Source: Dehalococcoidia bacterium (GTDB lineage Bacteria > Chloroflexota > Dehalococcoidia > Plut-88900). From it: a stretch of DNA of 64,000 bases. Shown one piece after another: positions 50,778-60,740 of this stretch (position 1 is its first letter; every line of letters starts with the position of its first letter). A program made the translations under genes and the position numbers. Under the pieces are notes generated by a model. That model worked only from the letters and a program-made list of their open reading frames with translations, did no database searches and had not been told where the DNA came from. Where the stretch lies: assembly GCA_965197585.1 (NCBI GenBank), contig OZ240215.1, positions 2,944,001-3,008,000 of the forward strand, read 5' to 3'.

Positions 50778-53700
50778 CTATTCCTCCCCCAACCGACGCC
50801 AAGCGCGGTATGCCGCCTCGAACTGCCGCCTGCCTATGTCATGTTCACTGTAGTCCGCCTCTTCGAAACGGGCTATCAGTTCCTCCAGGGCTCTCTGGTC
50901 CAGGGTAAGTCCGCTCGCAACCACTACCGACTCCACCTCCCGAGGGGTGGCCTTACCGGATATTCCTGACACCTTCTGCCGCATTCCCGCCAGGAACAAG
51001 TTGTACCGCTTGACTATGTCATCCCTGAACTCGACCACCTCGAACCGACCACGGCCCTCCGATGGCAGATGTCCTTCGTCTCCTGCGAATTCTGCCTCTA
51101 CCTGATAGACTCCCAGGTCCTCCCCTCTCCAGACCGACTCACAGCGACCATCATCGTCCGTGATCAGCTCTTCCATTTCACCCGTGTCACCGATTAGTAC
51201 TCGAATTGACCGTCCTTGCAGCCCCCGCCCCACATCATCCAACAGTGCTAAAGTGACCTTCACTTCCTCCTCGACACTCCATATCTCCGGCAGGTCTTCC
51301 GCCGGTTTGACGAAGGAGACCTCCAGGCGAGTCGGCATCAACAGTCTCAGTTCGAATTCTTCAAATGTTTCCGCTGACGAGAACCGTTCTGTGCCCGCAA
51401 ACTCTGCCGTGACCCGGTACATTCCCGGCTCATCCCCCGCCCACGACGCCGAGCATTGGCCCTTCCGGTCCGTCACCAGCTCCATCTGCGCTTCCTCGTC
51501 ACCCCACACCACCCGGATCTCCGCCTCCGCTATCCCTCTCCCAGAGTCATCGGGCAACCTGCACCACACCTCTACTTCCTCCCCCACTTGCCACGCGTTC
51601 TTCGCATCCGGGGACGGGTCCAAAAAACCCATCTCCAGCCGCGCCGACTGCACAACCACTTCTACCGTGAGTGGTGGGCCCGAGGCAACGGCGGCAGCAC
51701 CCGAAGGCCGGGCGGATGCCAATACCGTGCGTCTACCAAAGCGTCGGCTTCCGAAAAAGCCGCCCCCGGCGCCTAGAACCAGCAGAACCGGCAGAAGCGC
51801 CCAAACCAGCCACCCCAGCCCCCCGCTCCTGACTTGCAGGCTCGCCAGATAGGAGACCGGGAGGTTTGTACCGTCTCCCTCGTAGCTGACTCTCAGCGGT
51901 ACGATTGTCAGTCCTTCTTCGTCCGGGACGTCAACCATCAACAGCGCCACGCCAAGCTCATCCGTCACTGCGGACCCATATCCCGCGTAGTGGACCGCAG
52001 CGCCCGGAATCCCGACTCCATGGTCGTCCAGAAGCCTCGCTTCCACCTGCACCAACCGTCCGGCCCTCGCTTCTTCCACGGGTGTCACCAGCAGGCTCGT
52101 CATCGCCATTACCCTCACCGAGACCTTTGTCTCAGCCTCAAGCTCCACCGCCGATACTTCCAACTCCATCTCCCCCAGCTCCGCATCTGACTGGACGGGC
52201 ATCCGCACCACGAAAGCCCCCACCGCATTCGTGCGCGCCAACTCTTGTCCGTTCACCTCAATTCTCGTGTCCGGCACAGTTTGGCCGCTTATCAGCGTCA
52301 CACCCCTAATCGTGACGCTATCGCCCCGGGCCACTGGTTCAGGTTCCTTTACCACGATCTCCGCCCTCCCCACCGTCACCGACAGAGTGGCCTGGATGAG
52401 TGCAAGCTCGTCCGTACCGGCAAATTTCACCTTGAGATCTGTTTCCGCTATCTCTTCGAACGTCGTTTCCCAAAGGAATGACCCCAGGAGACTGGTAACC
52501 ACTTCCACCGGCTCCCCCTGCCTCGCGCTCACCATCAGGGTATGACCTTCCAGTCCTTCACCATCCGTCCTGGCTAGCGTTCCCTCAAGTCGGTAAGGTG
52601 CACCCATCCGTACTACCCTGTCGCCGCTCAGGTCCAGGAGAACGAGCTCTACAACACTAAGCGTATATCCGCTCCTGCCCGGCTCCAGAAGGTCGTCTCC
52701 CGTGAAGGTCGCCTCAATTGCATACCTTCCCGGCTGGTCCGTTACACCCTTCATCTCGAACTCGCCCAGCTCATCGGTCAGTACTGAGGTCACGGCCTCC
52801 TCGGGCAGTGTGATGTCGACTTCCCGTTGAGACAACGGCGCCCCTCGGCTATCTGCCAGCGACCCCCTGATTATGTACTCCTCCCCAACCTGCACCTCTC
52901 TATCTCCACTCAATTTCAGGAAGACGGGCTCGGTCACGCTCAGGGTATATCCTGCCTTGCTCGGCTCAAGGACATCCTCACCAGAAAACGCCACTTCAAT
53001 GCCGTATCTACCTGGCCGCTCCGCTACGGCATTCCTTCGGAATTCGCCCTGTTCGTCGGTCAGGGCCGATGCCTTGACCTCTCCAGGCAAGGTGATCTCG
53101 ATCTGCTTCAATGGCAAGGGGGCTCCGTTGGAGTCCATCAACGTGCCATTGATCACGTATTCGTCCCCGACCTGTACCTCTCTGTCACCACTTAGTTCAA
53201 GGAACACCGGTTCGAATACGCTGAGTGTATATCCGCTCTTTCTGGGCTCAAGAATGTCATCCCCCGCAAAAGAGGCCTGGATGCCATAGACCCCTCGCCG
53301 CTCCGTCGACCCTCTTACTGTGAACTCACCCCGCTCCCGGGTCTGGACCGAGGCCACCTCCCCATCCGGCAGGGTAACTTCGATCGACTGCCTGGCTAAC
53401 ACCCCTCCGCGAATGTTCCTCAACGTGCCGGTTATGACGAAATCCTCCCCGACACGCACGTTGTCCACAGCGTCGATAGTCAGCACACTCGGCATCGTGA
53501 CCATCACATCTAAACTGGCCTCGTTCCCCAGCATGTACCCTTCCTGCTCAAACGTCACCGCCACCGACCGCTGCCCCGTCCGACCAAACGTCCTTGTGAA
53601 ACTGAAGGCGCCTCGGTCATCCGTCGTCACTTGGAACGGGGCTAGTCCCTGTATGTTCACGCGAATCGTACGACTGCCCACCGGGTCTCCCGCTTCCTCC

Positions 53701-56700
53701 GTCAATCTCCCCCGGAAAGTCCCCTCCGCGTCTATCGAAATCTCCGATGGCCCGCTAAACTCCATCTCCGTCCCGGCATACACTCCTATTTCCGGGTCGC
53801 TCCAGGATCCCCGGTAGTCATCGTTCCCTATAGCATGGGCAATGAGTTGGTAGCTTCCCTCTTCGAAGCTATCCGGCACCAGGACCTCTATCTCGAACCG
53901 GCCGTTTTCCGTCTCCGTAGTTCCCAGCCTCCAGCCACCTTGTTCCTTCGTTTCGTTAATGAATATCTCCACCTCCATCCCATCCACCGGAGCGCCGGAT
54001 AACGTATTCACTTTCCCCCCTATATCGAACGGTAGCCCTTTCCGCGTCTCCCTGGGCCATTGGTCGATCTCGATTACAGTCCCGCGCTTTATCGGATCAC
54101 CCTGTGAATGGACTAGATCGCCTCTGGCTTGGATCACTCGGGAAGGTGCACCCCCTGATCCCGTCGGTTCGAAGGTCACCCATCCAATCCCCTCAAACGC
54201 CACTTCCGCCCACTGGTGCCCCTGGTCCGAATACACTGTTTGGCCGCCGGGGGCCTTCACTATCATCCAGCCCGACACAACCCGCGCAGGTATCCCCACC
54301 GACCTTGCCATTACCACGAATGCACTGCTGTACACCCCACATGTCCCCTCCCGATGATCGAACAGGAACCAGTCAACCGGGTCCCGGCCCTCAGGGGGTG
54401 CGTCGTCAGACGAATCGGCGAACGCATAAGGGTAAGCGGTGCTCAGATATCGCTCCAGCGCCTTAGCCTTCAGGTAGGGACTGCTGTATCCACTTGTAAC
54501 CTCCTTCGCCTTCAGGCGGACTCTGTCCGGGACGCTGGAGGGTAATTGGGTGTAGGTTGGGTCCGACGATACGGAAGCCTGCCTGAGCTGTGCCTCGGAG
54601 TAGACGGGAATCTTCGCTGTCCACGTGTACTCGGACACTGATTCTGCGGAGTAATGCGTTGCATTGTAGGCCCATAAGAAACTCCCGGTATCGATGCTAT
54701 TGACTTGGAGGGAGGTTGCCAGTGGACCTTTGGGGAACTTCTCCAGCGAGCCAATGGGAGTCATGCGAATGACGTCCGTATACGTTGCAAAGGGTGTTGT
54801 CTGAAAGCCGGCCAGCAATGAGATATCAAGCCGTTCGGGAGGAAGTCGAGAAAACTCGCTGTCCGGATTTTCCATTTCCCTCAACACTGCCTCCGGCACG
54901 TTCTCATTTGGAGTGACCCAGAACCCGACCGGGTGCAATTGATGCCATCGGCCATTCTGGTACAAGTCTCCCACTGCAGTCCGCAGACGGTCTGTATGAC
55001 CCGCGCCGTCTACTTGGAATATAGGATTATGGGCAAGCCCAGCAGATTGAGCCGTAGTGGTGCCGGGTACCCAATATCCCAGATTCTCATACACAACCAG
55101 GGAAGCGCCGTTCTCCAGGGTAGTGATCGACGCCCCTCTCTTTTCCAGAATCTCCAGTGCCGCTTCTTCATATCCCGGCCTCGTGTCACCCAGGATCCGT
55201 TCCAGGTTGAACAGTCCTACACCACTGTCTTCGTCCAGGATATCCAGGTTCTCATCTATCTTCTCAGTAATCGCCTGTATGTCCGACTCCGGTACTGCCG
55301 ATTCATCGTCTCCTGCTGTGCCCTCGCCACTTCCTTCGACCTCTTCCCCATCCCCCGCACCGACTTCATCAACATAGAAGCCTGGCGTCCGGGACGGCGG
55401 CCCCGACGCAGTAGGCTCGAAAGAAACCCACCCGATTTCATCCAACGCCACCTCCGCCCACTGGTGCGCCTGGTCCAGGTACACCGTCTGCGTTTCGCCG
55501 GTCTGCCCAATCGCCCAGCCCGACACCACCCGGGCAGGTATCCCCACCGACCTTGCCAAGACCACGAAGGCACTGCTGAACTGGCCGCATGTGCCTTCCC
55601 TGCTTTCAAATAGGAACCAGTCCACCGGGTCTCGGCCTGCCGGAGGCTCGGCAACTCCCGATTCTGCAAACGCATACGCGTAAGTCTCTCTCAGGTACTG
55701 CTCAATAGCCTTTGCCTGGGCGTACGTCCCGGTATAGCCCTCCGTGATCTCCCTCGCCAGTTCGCCTACCCGTCCCGGCACGGTTTCCGGCAACTGCGTG
55801 TATACAGCGTCCTCATACGCCCCCGCCGCTCTCAACACCTCGTCCTCGAATTCCACTGCACGCGCCGACCACACGACCCGCTCAGCCTCGTTTTCGATGC
55901 GGACCGTGCTGCTATACGGGAAGTACACCCCCGGCTCTAATACGAACCGCATGTCCAGCGACGCGGGTATTACACCCGCCGCTATAACTGCCCCATCATT
56001 TGCTGGCGAAACTATGACTGACAAATTGACAGTCTGGCCAGTCAGATAGCGAGAGGTGGAAGATCCGGGCGGCCCAGGTCGGCTGGTCCCGCTCTGCGCA
56101 TTCAGCACCACTTCCTGCAGCTGTTCTATCCCTTCGTATGGCGCTTCCACCGGGTCCGATTGCGTCCACCGCCCGTTTTCGTACACATCCCCTGTTGCCG
56201 TGCGCAGATAGTTGAGCTTCTCAGCGCCACTCACCTCGAACACCGGCAAGTGCGGTGGCTTTCCCGCCTGCATCGTGGTTGTGCCCGCACCTAAAGCCAA
56301 CACCTCATCATCCACTAACCCCACAAGTCCCCCATTCTCTAGCCGGGTGATATCGGCCCCAAGCCTCTCACGTGCTGCCTCCGCCGCCGCCCTCACCTCC
56401 GGGCTGGGGTCTGAAAGAGCCTCCATAAGTGGCCCTATTGCCTTCGAGTCTCCCAGACTCGCCAAGCCGCCAATTGACAACTCTCTAACGAGTGCGGATT
56501 CATCCTCCTTCAGCGCCTTTATTAGCGCGTCGACCGCTTTCTCGCCCTTCAATGTTGCCAGGGCTTTTGCAGCCTCGGCCCGCACCTCTTCCGCCTCATC
56601 CTCATGCAGTGCGGATATCAGGGGATCTACAGCGTTCCGGTATCCTTCATCTCCCAGGGTCTCGGCGGCTTTGGCCCGGACCTCGGCCGCCTCGTCGCTG

Positions 56701-58889
56701 CCCAACGCATCAATTAGCGGATCGCTCACGTCCGTTAATGTTTCGGGTGCGATCTCGGAATACTCCAGCAGTTCATCAATCGTGCCCAAGCGCTCGTCGA
56801 GATCGGGATTGGAGAGCAGCTTATCGCCCAGCCGGTCCAGTTCGTCCACCCATGCCTCCATCACCGTGGCCCGGAAGGGCGCTCCGTTAGATGGTGTCGG
56901 TTCGAACCTTCTCCAGCCTATGCCCTCGAAAGCCACCTCTGCCCATTGGTGGGCCTGGTCCGCGTAAACCGTTTGCTGCTCCACTCCTTCGCTTATCACC
57001 CACCCCGATACCACGCGCGCCGGTATACCCACCGACCTTGCCAACACCACGAACGCACTGCTGAACTGGCCGCATGTGCCTTTCCTCGTCTCAAAGAGGA
57101 ACCAGTCCACTGCGTCTCGGCCCTCGGGCAGGGCTTCGTCGTCCTCTGTAGCGAACGCGTATTCGTAGTTATCTCGCAGGTGCCACGCCAAGGCCCTCGC
57201 CTTCTCATACACCGACTCGTGTTCTTCAGTGATCTCTTCGGCCAGCAGACGCACTCTCTCAGGTACGTTTTCCGGCAGCCCAAGTGCCGTTGAGTCCGAA
57301 TACGCCTGCGCCGCCAGCATCTCTTCTTCCGAGAACCGATGCACACCGGACATCCACCCATACTCGTCGACTTCTATGTCCGTCGAGAAAGTCCCGCTGA
57401 AAGGCCTGTAAAGCCCGTCCGTGTCAAAGAATTCCGCACCTATAGTGGTAGGCAGCGCTCCCGCCGGCACTTTACGCCCCGGTTCATGGGCCGAAACGGT
57501 TATTCGCTGCCGGCTCGTTTCTTCTGCCGGGCTCTCCGGCCAGAGCAGCAGGGATGCTCCTGCGTCTTCCCACGGCAGGATGTCTACGTTTCCGTCCTCT
57601 ATTAGCACCGCATATACAAGTTGGCGGGTCGGTGTTCGTGCCGCGTAAGCCAGTTCCACAGGGTCGGTCCTGGTCCATCCTTGCCCCGTGTACTCGTCTC
57701 CTGCGTCTGTGCGCAGATATCCTGTTGCGCTTGCGCCGCTCACCTCGAATACAGGCCTGTCGTCCGGTGTTGACACCCGGCTTGCGCTCGTCCCTGGCGC
57801 CCAGAAGACTTGGTCGCCTATATAGACCAATGCCGCGCCGCTCTCCAGCGGTGTCATCGAGGCGCCTATGTCACTCAGGATCCACTCCGCTGCGTTCTTC
57901 ACCCCAATATCAGGACCTCCCAACGCCTCAACCAACGCCGTCTCCGCCGCAGCACTCACTTCCGGGTCATCCCCTCCCAATGCCTCAACCAGAGCCGACT
58001 CCGCCGCCGTCCTAACGTCCTCGTTACTGTCCCCCAACGCCTCAACCAGCGCCGCGACTACTGCCGGGTCAGCCATGCCCGCGAGCTCGGACACAGCCTC
58101 GACCTTCTCATCCGGGCTCCCGTGTATCAGCAAGTTGAAGTAGTCCACTTCACTCGATGCTTGGTCTTGCTGGGTCGTCGGGCCTGGCTGGCCCGACAGG
58201 CCCGGCACCCCTTCTCCCTCCGTGGTCCCGGTTGCCGGCCGCCAGTAGACGTTCACGGCGCCGGTGTAATCGGGTGTCGTCTCCACCACCGAGTGGTGTT
58301 TGAAGAGGTTGACCCCGTATATGGCGTCGGAGCCGAACATGCCGAATACCAGGGCTGCTGTCAGCCACGCTAGAAGAGGTATGGGCAAAAGCTTGGGCTT
58401 TGCCACCTCAACCAGGCCAACGGTCACCACGAATGCGGCCAGCAGCGTTAACCCCAACGGCGCCACACCCTCGGTCTTGACCGGGTGTTCTCCGTAGTCC
58501 ACCCCGCCGAAGGGCAACCCCTCACCGAATACCGAGGAAGCGACTAGGTAAACACCCGTCCCCAGCAACCCCACCGCGACTACTTCACCCGGCAGCAAGG
58601 CCGTCCACCCACGTCCCTTGCTATCTTTAAATCGACGCTTAAGCAGAAGGAGTGCCGCGAGTCCCAGCAGGATGCTCATGGCCGGCGCCACCACGGCAAT
58701 CAGACCTGCGCCGCTCGGTATTTCTGACGCGGCTGAGTCAGCCGCGTCCTTGGTAGTTAGCAGGTCCCTGGGTCCGTCGCTGGTGAGCCCGCCAAAAAGC
58801 TCGAAGAGAAAAAACAGTCCACCAAGAGCCACCGCCAAAACCAGGAGCAGACCGAGATGGGACCTAACCTCCCTGAACAACCCCATCAT
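50778..58889 (-). CDS. giant protein with 3 transglutaminase-like domains, HEAT repeats, Ig-like repeats and DUF4129-like tail
   Basis: Three GTC…SSAF…GIPARVVSGW…HQWAEV…FEPT blocks; AL.D….VR..AA..L repeats; FEEADYS near the C-terminus. Confidence 0.85.
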   Translation of the reverse strand: MMGLFREVRSHLGLLLVLAVALGGLFFLFELFGGLTSDGPRDLLTTKDAADSAASEIPSGAGLIAVVAPAMSILLGLAALLLLKRRFKDSKGRGWTALLPGEVVAVGLLGTGVYLVASSVFGEGLPFGGVDYGEHPVKTEGVAPLGLTLLAAFVVTVGLVEVAKPKLLPIPLLAWLTAALVFGMFGSDAIYGVNLFKHHSVVETTPDYTGAVNVYWRPATGTTEGEGVPGLSGQPGPTTQQDQASSEVDYFNLLIHGSPDEKVEAVSELAGMADPAVVAALVEALGDSNEDVRTAAESALVEALGGDDPEVSAAAETALVEALGGPDIGVKNAAEWILSDIGASMTPLESGAALVYIGDQVFWAPGTSASRVSTPDDRPVFEVSGASATGYLRTDAGDEYTGQGWTRTDPVELAYAARTPTRQLVYAVLIEDGNVDILPWEDAGASLLLWPESPAEETSRQRITVSAHEPGRKVPAGALPTTIGAEFFDTDGLYRPFSGTFSTDIEVDEYGWMSGVHRFSEEEMLAAQAYSDSTALGLPENVPERVRLLAEEITEEHESVYEKARALAWHLRDNYEYAFATEDDEALPEGRDAVDWFLFETRKGTCGQFSSAFVVLARSVGIPARVVSGWVISEGVEQQTVYADQAHQWAEVAFEGIGWRRFEPTPSNGAPFRATVMEAWVDELDRLGDKLLSNPDLDERLGTIDELLEYSEIAPETLTDVSDPLIDALGSDEAAEVRAKAAETLGDEGYRNAVDPLISALHEDEAEEVRAEAAKALATLKGEKAVDALIKALKEDESALVRELSIGGLASLGDSKAIGPLMEALSDPSPEVRAAAEAARERLGADITRLENGGLVGLVDDEVLALGAGTTTMQAGKPPHLPVFEVSGAEKLNYLRTATGDVYENGRWTQSDPVEAPYEGIEQLQEVVLNAQSGTSRPGPPGSSTSRYLTGQTVNLSVIVSPANDGAVIAAGVIPASLDMRFVLEPGVYFPYSSTVRIENEAERVVWSARAVEFEDEVLRAAGAYEDAVYTQLPETVPGRVGELAREITEGYTGTYAQAKAIEQYLRETYAYAFAESGVAEPPAGRDPVDWFLFESREGTCGQFSSAFVVLARSVGIPARVVSGWAIGQTGETQTVYLDQAHQWAEVALDEIGWVSFEPTASGPPSRTPGFYVDEVGAGDGEEVEGSGEGTAGDDESAVPESDIQAITEKIDENLDILDEDSGVGLFNLERILGDTRPGYEEAALEILEKRGASITTLENGASLVVYENLGYWVPGTTTAQSAGLAHNPIFQVDGAGHTDRLRTAVGDLYQNGRWHQLHPVGFWVTPNENVPEAVLREMENPDSEFSRLPPERLDISLLAGFQTTPFATYTDVIRMTPIGSLEKFPKGPLATSLQVNSIDTGSFLWAYNATHYSAESVSEYTWTAKIPVYSEAQLRQASVSSDPTYTQLPSSVPDRVRLKAKEVTSGYSSPYLKAKALERYLSTAYPYAFADSSDDAPPEGRDPVDWFLFDHREGTCGVYSSAFVVMARSVGIPARVVSGWMIVKAPGGQTVYSDQGHQWAEVAFEGIGWVTFEPTGSGGAPSRVIQARGDLVHSQGDPIKRGTVIEIDQWPRETRKGLPFDIGGKVNTLSGAPVDGMEVEIFINETKEQGGWRLGTTETENGRFEIEVLVPDSFEEGSYQLIAHAIGNDDYRGSWSDPEIGVYAGTEMEFSGPSEISIDAEGTFRGRLTEEAGDPVGSRTIRVNIQGLAPFQVTTDDRGAFSFTRTFGRTGQRSVAVTFEQEGYMLGNEASLDVMVTMPSVLTIDAVDNVRVGEDFVITGTLRNIRGGVLARQSIEVTLPDGEVASVQTRERGEFTVRGSTERRGVYGIQASFAGDDILEPRKSGYTLSVFEPVFLELSGDREVQVGDEYVINGTLMDSNGAPLPLKQIEITLPGEVKASALTDEQGEFRRNAVAERPGRYGIEVAFSGEDVLEPSKAGYTLSVTEPVFLKLSGDREVQVGEEYIIRGSLADSRGAPLSQREVDITLPEEAVTSVLTDELGEFEMKGVTDQPGRYAIEATFTGDDLLEPGRSGYTLSVVELVLLDLSGDRVVRMGAPYRLEGTLARTDGEGLEGHTLMVSARQGEPVEVVTSLLGSFLWETTFEEIAETDLKVKFAGTDELALIQATLSVTVGRAEIVVKEPEPVARGDSVTIRGVTLISGQTVPDTRIEVNGQELARTNAVGAFVVRMPVQSDAELGEMELEVSAVELEAETKVSVRVMAMTSLLVTPVEEARAGRLVQVEARLLDDHGVGIPGAAVHYAGYGSAVTDELGVALLMVDVPDEEGLTIVPLRVSYEGDGTNLPVSYLASLQVRSGGLGWLVWALLPVLLVLGAGGGFFGSRRFGRRTVLASARPSGAAAVASGPPLTVEVVVQSARLEMGFLDPSPDAKNAWQVGEEVEVWCRLPDDSGRGIAEAEIRVVWGDEEAQMELVTDRKGQCSASWAGDEPGMYRVTAEFAGTERFSSAETFEEFELRLLMPTRLEVSFVKPAEDLPEIWSVEEEVKVTLALLDDVGRGLQGRSIRVLIGDTGEMEELITDDDGRCESVWRGEDLGVYQVEAEFAGDEGHLPSEGRGRFEVVEFRDDIVKRYNLFLAGMRQKVSGISGKATPREVESVVVASGLTLDQRALEELIARFEEADYSEHDIGRRQFEAAYRAWRRLGEE

Positions 58890-59013
58890 CTGCCCATTAA
58901 ACGCACCTTTGTTCAGATCACATCCTTGACACTTACCTGTCATCCAGAAACAAAAGACGCTAAGCGTATCGTTCAGCGCTTCTTACTTATTCCCCGCTCC
59001 CCGCGGAAAAATA

Positions 59014-59044
59014 AACTGCCGACTGGTTACACCAGTCGGCAGTT
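59014..59044 (-). terminator. terminator of the peroxiredoxin gene
   Basis: aactgccgactgg/ccagtcggcagtt hairpin followed by TATTTTT on the minus strand. Confidence 0.75.
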
Positions 59045-59069
59045 AATGCAAATGCTATGGATGGGGAGG

Positions 59070-59732
59070 CTATGCGCTCGGGTCTTTCACCTTTCGCAGA
59101 TAGGGCTTCACCGTCTCCCAGCCGTCCGGGAACAGGTCTTTAGCCGCATCGTTGTTCACTGCCGGAACTATGATGACGTCCTCGCCCTTAGTCCAGTTGG
59201 CGGGGGTTGCCACCTTGTGGTTCGCAGTCAGTTGGCAGGAGTCGATCACCCGGAGCAGCTCGTCGAAGTTGCGGCCCGTGCTCATCGGGTAGGTCAGGCT
59301 CATCTTGATCTTCTTATCCGGCCCGATAAGGAACACCGACCGTACTGTGGCGTTATTCGCCGCCGTCCTCCCCTCGGAGGAATCTCCCTCCGATGCGGGC
59401 AGCATGTCGTACATTTTGGCCACGTTCAGGTCATCGTCGGCGATGATGGGGAAATTAAGCGGAGTCCCGGCCAGGTCCTCGATGTCCGAAGCCCAACGCT
59501 CGTGGTCTTCCACTTTGTCGACGCTCAGGCCTATTACCTTGCAGCCTCGCTTCTCAAACTCGCCTTTGACGCTTGCCACGTGTCCTAGCTCGGTCGCACA
59601 GACCGGCGTAAAATCCTTTGGATGCGAAAATAGCATCGCCCATCCGTCTCCGATCCACTCGTGAAAGTTGACCGATCCGGAGCTGGTGTTCGCCGTGAAA
59701 TCCGGGGCCGTATCGTTAATGCGAAGTGCCAT
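59070..59732 (-). CDS. 1-Cys peroxiredoxin (Prx6)
   Basis: FSHPKDFTPVC, YPMSTGRNFDE and TPANW motifs. Confidence 0.95.
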   Translation of the reverse strand: MALRINDTAPDFTANTSSGSVNFHEWIGDGWAMLFSHPKDFTPVCATELGHVASVKGEFEKRGCKVIGLSVDKVEDHERWASDIEDLAGTPLNFPIIADDDLNVAKMYDMLPASEGDSSEGRTAANNATVRSVFLIGPDKKIKMSLTYPMSTGRNFDELLRVIDSCQLTANHKVATPANWTKGEDVIIVPAVNNDAAKDLFPDGWETVKPYLRKVKDPSA

Positions 59733-60045
59733 ATTTCCCCCTCTCTTCTAAAGTAGGTCGTCGACGCTCTCGCGCCGAAACCTGTCTGGGTCAGCTATGT
59801 GTCTCGCTCAGGAAACTTTAACAGAACATCCACATTGGGGGTAGGCCTGTTCTCAATACGCCCACCTCGCCTCGCAAAGTACGTGCCCGTCCCACATTAC
59901 CAGAATGCCATAACGGCAGCCTATATAACACGGGCCCCTGCGCGTATAAGGGACTGACTCTCACCTGCATGGTCCAGATGACGGCATCACCCGGCATGGC
60001 CGAGCCAGCAGCCATCTCGTCCGCCTATAGTGGGAATTTTGACAA

Positions 60046-60507
60046 TTAGGCCTTCGACTTGGAAGAGGACGAATCGCACCACATGTGGCAGCCCGTTACT
60101 CCCAGGGTTATGGGCATCATCACGTCCACAACCGCCCAGATTATCCACCTCTGGTGGTTCCCGCTCGCGTCGGGGCCGCCCAGGTTGTCGGAGCCCAATC
60201 CCAGAAGTGCAAACCAGTTGTGCAGGAAAAGGATCGTGATGCCCGCGGTGAGGTAGAACAGCAGGTTGACTTCCAGGTATTTGCGGGTCACCGGCTCTCC
60301 AGCGTCTCGGCCACCCTCCCTGCGCTTCCGATCGTAGTTGAAGAGGAGCGCCACTCCCAGGGCGACGACTATGAGGATGTTCAAAATCCTCCAGACGCTC
60401 AGTGCATCGAAGGATTCGGGGAGGAGCGGATTGATGATGAAGTAGACGGCCACCACCACCGCGATCCCGACCATGTTAGCCCCGCCTATTTTCTTTAGTG
60501 CTTCCAT
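60046..60507 (-). CDS. 4-TM membrane protein, paralog of 34175-34618
   Basis: RKYLEVNLLFY…LHNW motif; AGGAGGAG SD. Confidence 0.75.
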   Translation of the reverse strand: MEALKKIGGANMVGIAVVVAVYFIINPLLPESFDALSVWRILNILIVVALGVALLFNYDRKRREGGRDAGEPVTRKYLEVNLLFYLTAGITILFLHNWFALLGLGSDNLGGPDASGNHQRWIIWAVVDVMMPITLGVTGCHMWCDSSSSKSKA

Positions 60508-60740
60508 AACTCCTCCTTTACAGCTCGTTCACCGGGCCCCGTTACCTGTTCGGCATCAGGGGCACGATCTGCCTAAACTACGGAAGATACGCTACGTTAA
60601 CCCTCGTTTTGCGAGCATAGCATATTCAATATACAGGCTGCCGAACATCCCGTTTTATGATGCCGGAATAAGCGATTTAGTCTAAGTGCTATACTGCATG
60701 ACACGAGAGTGTCTTTTGTGACAGTCCGGAGGATGTAGGA

